Part shown: one piece after another, positions 1 through 8,362 of the stretch
How the letters are laid out: every line of letters starts with the position of its first letter
How positions within the stretch are numbered: position 1 is the first letter of the stretch
NCBI GenBank assembly: GCA_964016885.1
Contig: OZ024743.1
Span: 10,602,001 to 10,666,000 of the forward strand
Direction: 5' to 3'
Source of the DNA: Eledone cirrhosa
Lineage: Eukaryota
Length of the DNA stretch: 64,000 nt
The notes under the pieces: generated by a model
The model's database searches: none
Told to the model about the DNA's origin: nothing
Seen by the model: only the letters and a program-made list of their open reading frames with translations
Made by a program: the position numbers and the translations under genes

Positions 1-1257
1 GTGCAGCAGTATTCTCATAAATTGCTACAAAGGTAAAGGGGATGCTCTAGAGAGGAGCAATTACAGGGGCATAAAGCTGATGGATCAGGTTATGAAAGTG
101 GCAGAGAGAATATTAGCGCAAACTAGATGAGATGCAGTTTGGTTTTGTGCTTCGGAAAAGTACAACAGATGCTCTCTTCTTAGTGATGCAACTACAAGAG
201 AAGTTCTTAGAGAAGAATAAGCCACTATAATTAGCTTTTGTTGACCTAGAGAAGGCCTTTGATAGGGTACCCCGATCTGTCATCTGGTGGTCCCTAAGGA
301 AACTAGGTGTAGAGGAATGGCTTGTGAGGGCAGTGCAAGCTATGTATAGGGGTGCTCTCAGTAAAGTGAGAGTAGGAATGGAGTTTAGTGGGGAATTCCA
401 GATACAAGTAGCTGTACATCAGGGTTTGGTCCTCAGCCCGCTCCTGTTCATTATAGTCCTCCAAGCCATAACAGAGGAGTTTAAGACTGGCTGTCCATGG
501 GAACTTCTCTATGCTGATGATCTGGCTCTTATAGCAGAATCAGTAGAGGAGATAGAGAATAAATTCTGGCTATGGAAACAGCAGTTGGAATCATGAGGAC
601 TGAGAGTGAACATAGCTAAGACAAAAGTGTTGATAAGTAGAAGAGAGGACAATACTCTGATTCCATCAGGGAAATGGCCATGTTCGATATGTAGGAAAGG
701 AACTGGCATAAATTCCATAAAATGTATGCAATGCAGATCTTGGGTACACAAGAGATGTAGTGGGATAGCAGGCAAACTAACAGGTAGGGAAAACTACGTA
801 TGCAGTAGATGTATAGGGAAAGTTGGCAGTATTAATCGCAGTGATAGACACATTTTTCCAATGCAGGTGGGTTCTATAGAAGTGGTTGATAGCTTCTGGT
901 ACCTAGTTGATCAGATTAGCATCGGAGGAGGGTGTTCTGAGGCCGTAGTATCTAGAATAAGGACAGGTTGGAATAAGTTTAGGGAGCTGCTTCCTTTGTT
1001 GACAAAGAAGGATTTCTCCCTGCGTATGAAAGGACGGTTATATGATGCCTGTGTGAGATGCGCGATGCTGCATGGTAGTGAGACATGGGCGGCAACTGCA
1101 AAGGATATGCGATGGCTGGAGAGAAATGAAGCAAATATGCTCCATTGGATGTGCAATGTCAATGTGCGTGAACGACCAAGCATAGACGAGTTGAGAAAGA
1201 AACTGGGTATAAGAGGGATAAGTTGTGGTGTGCAGGAGAGAAGGCTGAGATGGTATG
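1..1257 (+). mobile_element. RTE-clade LINE ORF2 (RT + PHD-like finger + C-terminal region), pseudogenised; continues upstream of the window and resumes at 5469
   Basis: Motifs FVDLEKAFDRV, VHQGLVLSPLLF, ELLYADDLAL, FRELLPLL, MLHGSETW and ERRLRWY; several in-frame stops. Confidence 0.93.
681..812 (+). other. PHD-type Cys4-His-Cys3 zinc finger inside the RTE ORF2
   Basis: CSIC-x9-CMQC-x4-H-x2-C-x14-CSRC with the typical W (SWVHKRC), in ORF 606..1418 just downstream of the RT core. Confidence 0.8.
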
Positions 1258-1515
1258 TGTGGGTATGGTGTGGTGTGCGGTGGCCGGAAGCTGGGGAGTG
1301 CTCGACCGGAAGAGTGCTTGACCGGAAGGGTACTCGACCGGAAGGGCCAGCAGGTTGGCCTCTCTCTAGCCGTGATCAGGAACGTGGTGGACGCGCGTTT
1401 TGCAGCTCCCGGTTTTAACAAGTCGGATTGTACGCACGTGGAAGAGGAGAAACCAGCCATGGGATCTAGCGGCGCCTTTGAAAAGCGGTAAGTGAGGTAG
1501 CTTTTTCTAACCACA
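1258..1515 (+). repeat. 5' LTR
   Basis: 258 bp; 13 substitutions versus the 3' LTR by manual comparison; imperfect terminal inverted repeat TGTGGGTA/TAACCACA. Confidence 0.96.
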
Positions 1516-1643
1516 AGCTATTTCAGCACTGGAAACTGAGATCTGATTGAAAAGAAAAAAAAACTTTCTCGAAAACAAAGCTACTGGAAAAACAGAGAGG
1601 AGTCTGTTGTTTTTTTATTACGTCCCGCAAGACAAATTAGGAT

Positions 1644-2391
1644 ATGGCGACGAGACTATGAATGGGCGAAGCGATTAGGGCATTTACCGGTGAAGGCGAT
1701 GTTGTCGCTTGACTGCGAAAAGTCCGGCTGGTCACAAGCTTACAGAAGATAGAAGATGTGACTGCCCTCATGGCACTGTACCTCAAGGGGGACGCGTTGG
1801 TACTCTTCCTTGAGATGGATGAACACAGCCAAAGGGATGCACAAAAGATTGAGAGGCGCATGATGGAAGCGTTCGTGGAGGGACCGTTAGCTGGCAAGAA
1901 TTAGATGGAACGGCGAACGCGTTGACATTTTCGCAGCGGAAATATGGCGATTGGCCATGTTGGCTGGATATCAGGTGGAATGCGAACGCACGGTTTGGTT
2001 GGCGTTCATAAATGGATTTCCAGACGACATAGCGGTGAAACTGCAGCAAGTCCCGGGTTACAAAGAAATGGAGATGCGTGCACTGGTGGAGCAAGCCCGC
2101 ATCATAGCAGAAGATGCCAAGAAGAGTGTCGCTGTGATAGCAATTACAGAGGCCCATGATAGCTGGCAGCGAAATGGTGAAAGGAAGGCAACCACAGCAC
2201 GCGGTCGCCCGTGAACATTTAGAGGTCGCTGTTTTAGGTGCCAGGGCCCGCACATGGCGAGAGACTGTAGAGAGTCAAGGCCGGAAATAATATGCTACTG
2301 GTGTAAGCGACCAGGCCACATCGCTACTAACTGCGACCAGGGAAATGATCCAAGGGGAACTACTGCACCGGTAGTTCCCCCTTACGAGTAG
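1644..2391 (+). pseudogene. gag: gag of the Gypsy element, with two zinc knuckles; disrupted
   Basis: ATG at 1644 (MATRL*MGEAIRAFTGEGDV...); knuckles CFRCQGPHMARDC (CX2CX3HX4C) and CYWCKRPGHIATNC (CX2CX4HX4C); TAG at 2389-2391; internal stops and a frame change. Confidence 0.85.
2340..2380 (+). promoter_or_regulatory. gag-pol -1 ribosomal frameshift signal (slippery heptamer + hairpin)
   Basis: G GGA AAT at 2340-2346, 7-nt spacer, perfect 10-bp stem GGGGAACTAC (2354-2363)/GTAGTTCCCC (2371-2380); the protease ORF is in the -1 frame relative to gag. Confidence 0.8.
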
Positions 2392-5187
2392 AGGCGCTGC
2401 CTGTGGTGGCAGTCTTCGTGAGGGGAAAGCCACAGCGAGCCCTCGTGGACACGGGCTTTACAACGACACTGGTGACCACGGGGGTGGCGCAGAGGTGGAG
2501 AGTGAAGAGCAGCATAAGGGCAGTCGACGGTGTAGGAAAATTGAATGCCGAGGTCGCAGCGAGGTGGAGATGGCGGTACGGGGAAGGAAAATAAGGCTTT
2601 CTGCCATCGCTGTCGATAACGTGGTGGATGGGATCGGCGTGGTTATGGGCATGGACGCAATTGGCCGTCAATGAGGCGTCACAATGAACAACGTCGGTGT
2701 GTCGTTTGGCGGCGCCGCATTGGTATGCGCTGTGAGTACACGACAGGAGAACCAGAAGGCCCACGAGGAGAAATACCCCGCTTACACTGTGCAGGACAAA
2801 GACTTCAAGGCCGTGTTCGATGGGCAGCGATGGGTTGTTGAGTGGTACTGGAAGGGAGAACCACCAACACTGAAGACCAAAGGGGGCTGCTATCAACACA
2901 CATTGAAGGGAGACATTAGGAGCGAGTTCGAGCGAGAGGTAGAGAGATAGATTGAGGAGGGCATACTGCTTCCCTGGAAAGAGGAGGTGAAGTGCGGAGT
3001 ATTGTCGTTAATGGCGGTGGCGCAACCCACAAAGAACAAGGTGAGGCCAGTACTGGACTTTCGGGAGCTGAACGAGCACGTGTCATACCACACGGGTGGC
3101 GAGGTCACGGATGTCTGTGGGGAAACCCTGCGTATGTGGAGATGCATGACGGGGTGTTCCGCAATCGTAGATCTAAAGTTGGCATACTTGCAATTGCATA
3201 TAGATGAGAAGCTCTGGCAGTATCAGCTGGTCAGGTATAAGGGCCGGACATATTGCCTGACCAGGCTCGGTTTCAGGCTGAGTTCCGCACTGAAGATCAT
3301 GGCGGCGGTCCTCAAGACCATTCTGGGAAAGGCCGACAAAATGAAGAGGGCCACTAATTCCTACATTGACGACATCCTAGTGGATGAGTCTGTAGTGCCA
3401 GCGGCGGAGGTCACGAGCCATTTACAGGGGTATGGACTGGCTGCGAAGCCGTCAGAAGCATTGGAGGGAGGAGCTGCGCTGGGACTTAGGCTACGGCGAG
3501 ACAGGACGGACATCTTAGTATTCTAGAGGGGAAATGAAGTTCCAGAACTGGGCCCAAGTATGAGTAGGCAGGAGCTTTTCTCGGTGTGTGGAAAGTTGGT
3601 GGGTCACTACCCGATTGCTGGGTGGCTCCGGACGGCATGCAGCTATGTCAAGAGACAAGCGGGAGGGGTGACTTGGAGTGACAGAGTGGGAGAGAGGACG
3701 GTGGCCATGATGCAGGAGATCGTGGAGAGGGTGAAGGCTGATGACCCAGTGCGGGGACGCTGGTATGTTCCCAAATCGCAGAGCGGAACCGTATGGTGCG
3801 ATGCCAGCAGCATAGCGCTGGGTGTCACGTTGGAGATAGGAGGTGTTGAGGTCGAGGATGCAGCCTGGCTTAGGAAGAAGGACGACTACAACCACATCAA
3901 TGTGGCCGAACTGGACGCGGTGTTGAGAGGGGTGAACCTCGCCCTGAGGTGGGGACTGCGCACCATCAAGATACGCACCGACTCGGCTACTTTACTCGGA
4001 TGGATGAGATCAGTGCTCACCAGTGAGAAGAGAGTGCGACGGAGATGCTGATAAAGCATCGCCTGGGAACTTTAGGAGAGCTGGCCACCGAGTTCGACCT
4101 GAGGCTGAGCCTAGTTTTCCTGCCCTCAGAGAAAAATAGGGCGGACGTCTTAACCAGGGTGAAGAAAGCCTTGATGGAAGCGCTGGAGGAGGTAGAAGAG
4201 GAGATAGCTGTCGTGTGTCGGCTGACCGAGTCAGATCTGAAAGGGTTGCATGACATGCACCACATGGGAGTGGATAGGACTCTGTTCCTAGCCAGGAGAA
4301 TCGACTCGGACGTTAACAGACACAGTGTTCAAAGAGTGGTTAGAGGCTGCGTCCGATGTCAGTCCATTGATCCCGCCCCGGGTGTGCACGAAACGGGAAG
4401 CCTCCCGGTGGATCGCGACTGGAAGCGATTGGCGGTGGATGTAACACACTACCAACAGGGAACGTACCTCTCGATGGTCGACTGTGGACCGGGACGGATG
4501 GCGTAATGGAGGGAGATGAAGACTGGAATGGCCGAGGAAATCATGCAGACGTTGAGAGAGGTGTTCTTGGAGCGGGGCCCTGTGGACGAACTGCTGATGT
4601 ACAACAGCGCAGCGTTCCGCTCGGAGGCGCTGAGGGAGATGCTTGATGGATGGAAGGTGGACCGTTTCTTCAGAGCAGCGTACAGGCCGAGCGGAAATTG
4701 AATCATGGAGCGACACCACCGGACGATCAAAGCAATGGCGGAGCGGGTCCACATCTTACCAATGGAGGCAGTGTTCTGGTACAACATGTCCTCTCGGGTG
4801 GGACAGGTTGAGGAATCGGTGCCACACAGAGCATTATTCAGATACGAGTGGCAGCACCCGTGCACAGCACCACAATGGCCAGTGGGGAGAGAGAATGCAT
4901 TTGTGCAGGTGGGCGAAGAAGTCTGGGTTAAGCCCCCAGATGCACGTTGCACATCTCAATGGGGAAGGGGAATGGTGACGGCCGTAAATTCCCAGAACAA
5001 TGTGTCCGTGGACGGAGTACCACGTCATGTCCTGGATGTCCGTAGAATTACTGTGTCAACGGACTCCGAGGAAGAGGAAACCCAAAGTGCCGCCCCAACA
5101 CTGCGGAGATCGCAAAGTAGTCGCAAACCACCAACCTGGACAGCAGATTTTCATATACAGAAGGACGAGGGGGGAATTGATCCTTGA
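2340..5187 (+). pseudogene. pol: pol (aspartic protease, RT, RNase H, integrase); disrupted
   Basis: PR ALVDTG; RT VRPVLDFRELN, VDLKLAYLQ, YIDDILV; RNase H WCDAS, NVAELDAV, IRTDS; IN HHCC (HDMHH...CVRC), LAVDVTH, ERHHRTIK; multiple stops and frameshifts. Confidence 0.93.
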
Positions 5188-5190
5188 GAT

Positions 5191-5210
5191 CAGGGGGTGG
5201 GTGGGTGGCG
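5191..5210 (+). promoter_or_regulatory. Polypurine-tract-like G-rich segment before the 3' LTR
   Basis: CAGGGGGTGGGTGGGTGGCG directly abuts the 3' LTR. Confidence 0.65.
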
Positions 5211-5468
5211 TGTGGGTATGGTGTGGTGTGCGGTGGCCGGAAGCTGGGGAGTGCTCGACCAGAAGAGTGCTTGACCGGAAGGGTGCTTGGCCGGAAGGGC
5301 CAGCAGGTTGGCCTCTCTCTAGCGGTGATCAGGAACGTAGTGGACACGAGTTTTGCAGCTCCCGGTTTTAACGAGTTGGATTGTACGCACGCGGAAGAGG
5401 AGAAACCAGCCATGGGATCTAGCAGCGCCTGTGAAAAGCGGTAAGTGAGGTAGCTTTTTCTAACCACA
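5211..5468 (+). repeat. 3' LTR
   Basis: 258-bp direct repeat of 1258-1515, followed by the TSD GTATG. Confidence 0.96.
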
Positions 5469-5704
5469 GTATGGACATGTGATGCACATGGAGGATGACC
5501 GCTGGGTAAAGAAGTGCCAAGAAATCCCAGTCGAAGGAAGATGCACATAAAACATGGGTGGAGGTGGTGAGAGCAGACCTCAGATCGCTGAAACTCACCA
5601 AGGAGATGACGAAGGACCATGACAAGTGGAGAGATGCTGCGCTGAATAGGATCCGTCCAACCCTTGCAAGCAGGGAAAAGCGGACGTAAAATGATGATGA
5701 TGAT
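5469..5704 (+). mobile_element. 3' remainder of the interrupted RTE LINE, with short stem-loop tail and (ATG)n end
   Basis: YGHVMHMEDDRWVKKC... then CCGTCCAACCCTTGCAAGCAGGGAAAAGCGGACGTAAAATGATGATGATGA. Confidence 0.92.
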
Positions 5705-5881
5705 ATATATAAGGAAAAGAAATTGAAAATGTAACTGGAGTCTTTTAAGAATATTTATTTATCTACTTTACTGGTTTCACAGTTCTTATGATTTTCGAAA
5801 ATAGAATTTAGATGGAGGATGAGTCTTGTTACTTTGGTATTGAGTACCCCTTTCTCTCAGCCATCAACCACATATGGATAT

Positions 5882-6480
5882 ATCATCATCATCATCATCA
5901 TCATCACCGTTTTACGTCCGTTCTTCCACGCTAGCATGGGTTAGACGGGTTGTCCTGTTGTGTGCAGTGTCTGGTCGGCTGACCATGCCTTGCTCATACA
6001 GGAACTGATCTGGCTTGATTTCTACAGCTGGATGCCCTTCCTAACACCAACCTCATTTACAGTGAGTGCTGGGTGCTTTTTCGTGGCGCCTACACGTCCA
6101 CTTTACAGTGTGGGCTGGGTGCTTTTTTGCCGTGGCACCTCCACGACCACCTTGCGGTGGGGGGTGTGGGGGCATATTGTTTATATGCTTCAGCATGTAC
6201 CCATGGGAGGTCGGGTACTCTGTATTACTGCGTGACGCCAGAAGTCACGGTCGTGTGTCATTGTCTTTGAGAGGTGTAATTGGGTAAGGTCGGCTTTTAT
6301 CACCTCATCCCAGGTCATCTTGGGTCTCCCCACTCCGCGGTTTCCATCAACTTCTAGTGCTCTGCACCTTTTTATGCAGCTGTCATCCTTCATACGCATC
6401 ACATGTCCATACCAGCACAACCGCCTCTCCTGCACACAGCATTTGATTCCTCTTATGCTCAGTCTCTCTCTCTCAACTCA
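5882..6480 (-). mobile_element. 5'-truncated RTE-derived element: ORF2 C-terminus + long SINE-like 3' UTR + (ATG)n tail
   Basis: ORF 6190..6435 QERRLCWYGHVMRM...GRPKMTWDEV; closely similar to 17067-17630 in the opposite orientation. Confidence 0.88.
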
Positions 6481-7445
6481 TTATCACCATTTAATATCCA
6501 TCCTCCATGCTTGCATGGGTTAAACAAGCTCTCTGAGTGCATTTTATCATGGCTCTAGCACTAATGAGGTTGTGATATCTTTGACATAGCTGGAGATTTC
6601 TTTGCACTCTTTGTTTGGCAAGTTTTCTACAGCTTAATGCCATTCCTATCACCAACTACATTACAGCATGGACTGGGGGCATTTAGTATGCTGATCACCA
6701 ACACTAGAGTTATTTTCAAGCCTTAGACACCATTGAAAAATCTTCCTGGCCTGTTGTTTGATAAGTTTTCTACAGCTGGATATATTTTTATGGCTAAATA
6801 TACATTTAATTTCTTTATACAACACTAAGGATGTTGTCATAGCTTTTGGCACAGTTTCTATAGTGGGATGAAAAATCTTCCTGGCCTGTTGTTTGATAAG
6901 TTTTCCACAGCTGGATATATTTTTATGGCTAAATACATTTAATTTCTTTATACAACACTAAGGATGTTGTCATAGCTTTTGGCACAGTTTCTATAGTGGG
7001 ATGAAAAATCTTCCTGGCCTGTTGTTTGATAAGTTTTCTACAGCTGGATATATTTTTATGGCTAAATACATTTAATTTCTTTATACAACACTAAGGATGT
7101 TGTCATAGCTTTTGGCACAGTTTCTATAGTGGGATGAAAAATCTTCCTGGCCTGTTGTTTGATAAGTTTTCCACAGCTGGATATATTTTTATGGCTAAAT
7201 ACATTTAATTTTTTTATACAACACTAAGGATGTTGTCATAGCTTTTGGCACAGTTTCTATAGTGGGATGCCCTTCTTATTGTCAACCACTTTACAGGAGG
7301 TACTGGGTGCATTTCTCATGGCACCAGTGCTAGAGATGTTATCATAGTTTTTGGCAGTTTCTATAGTGGGAATCTCTTCTTATTGTCAACAACTTTACAG
7401 GAGGTACTAGGTGCATTTTTCATGGCACCAGTGCTGGGATGTTTC
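6480..7445 (-). mobile_element. Degenerate RTE-tailed non-autonomous element with an internally multiplied body
   Basis: Tail motif CCATGCTTGCATGGGTT near 6506; repeated TTTCTACAGCTGGA / CACTTTACAG...ACTGGGTGCATTT body motifs. Confidence 0.6.
6734..7269. repeat. Near-perfect 133-bp tandem repeat, 4 copies
   Basis: Units start at 6734, 6869, 7002 and 7135; TTTTCTACAG and TTTTCCACAG variants alternate. Confidence 0.95.
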
Positions 7446-7455
7446 CTTCATTGAC

Positions 7456-7494
<39 letters not shown>

Positions 7495-7498
<4 letters not shown>

Positions 7499-7822
7499 AG
7501 ACACGTGGCTTTGTGGTTAGAACATTGAACTCACAATCGTAATGTTGTATGTTCAAAGCCGGGACTGAGCAGTGCATTTCTGTTGTTGAGCAAAACACTT
7601 TATTTCACATTGCTGCAGTTCACTCAGCTGTAGAAATGAGTTATGACATCACTGGTGCCAAGCTGTATCAGCCATTGCCTTTTCCTTGGACAACATCGGT
7701 GGCATGGAGAGGAGAAGCTGGTATGCATGAGTGACTACTGGTCTTCCACAAACATACCATGCCCAGGCTTGTGCTTGGTGGGGAACTTTCTAGGGGCAAA
7801 ACCATATAAATGATGATGATGA
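7495..7822 (+). mobile_element. tRNA-headed CORE-type SINE (body type 1)
   Basis: A-box-like TGGCTTTGTGG, B-box-like GTTCAAAGCC, CORE-like TTGAGCAAAACACTTTATTTCAC...CAGTTCACTCAGCTGTAGAAATGAG; ends in (ATG)n. Confidence 0.75.
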
Positions 7823-8111
7823 TATATATATATGTATTTATATGTGGAGAGAGCTTTTAGGAAGGTATATTAATGAAAAATGTACACATCAGTGTGCTCA
7901 AACTAAAATACCTTGTGATATTTATTCTCACTTTTTGGAAATACTGTCAACCAGTAATTGTCTTGTTCGAAACCTGTAACCAACAACATAAGTGTTCAGA
8001 AAATATCTTCTAAACTGATGCTATGGCCTGCTACCCACCTCATGTAAAAATGAGTACAATTATAGCTGCAATAACTATACTAATGCTGCACCAAAATTCT
8101 GCAGAATTTAA

Positions 8112-8362
8112 CCCTTTTGTTATATTTCTAATAAAAAAAAACATTGTTTATGGTTTTCAGATTATTTTGAAATAATCAAAATTTAGTGGGATTCAGTAAT
8201 ATAACTAACTTCCTTGATAAATATTTGGTGTTTGAAGCATAACTTAAATGTTCTTGCATAAAATTATGATGGAAGGTTTTTAGATGAGTATAAACCCTTT
8301 AAAATAAAGGGTTTTATATCAGAGAACTAGAGGCAGTTTCAGGTGGTTTGGTATCAAAAGGG
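8112..8362. mobile_element. piggyBac-like MITE (~250 bp)
   Basis: TTAA + CCCTTTTG...CAAAAGGG + TAAA; related copies at 46549, 48185, 48510 and 56145. Confidence 0.7.

Larger units (their letters stand above)
1258..5468 (+). mobile_element. Full-length, inactivated Ty3/Gypsy LTR retrotransposon (4211 bp)
   Basis: Two 258-bp LTRs with TGTGG...CCACA ends; 5-bp TSD GTATG at 1253-1257 and 5469-5473; domain order gag-PR-RT-RNaseH-IN; removing it restores the RTE reading frame RRLRWYGHVMHM. Confidence 0.97.

Noticed and set aside
1038-5620. Many overlapping antisense and alternative-frame ORFs across the LTR element
   Set aside because: Expected in GC-rich coding DNA; no recognisable domains and no env-like ORF.
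6734-7269. CRISPR-like array
   Set aside because: Whole units repeat with no unique spacers, there are no cas genes, and the context is eukaryotic.
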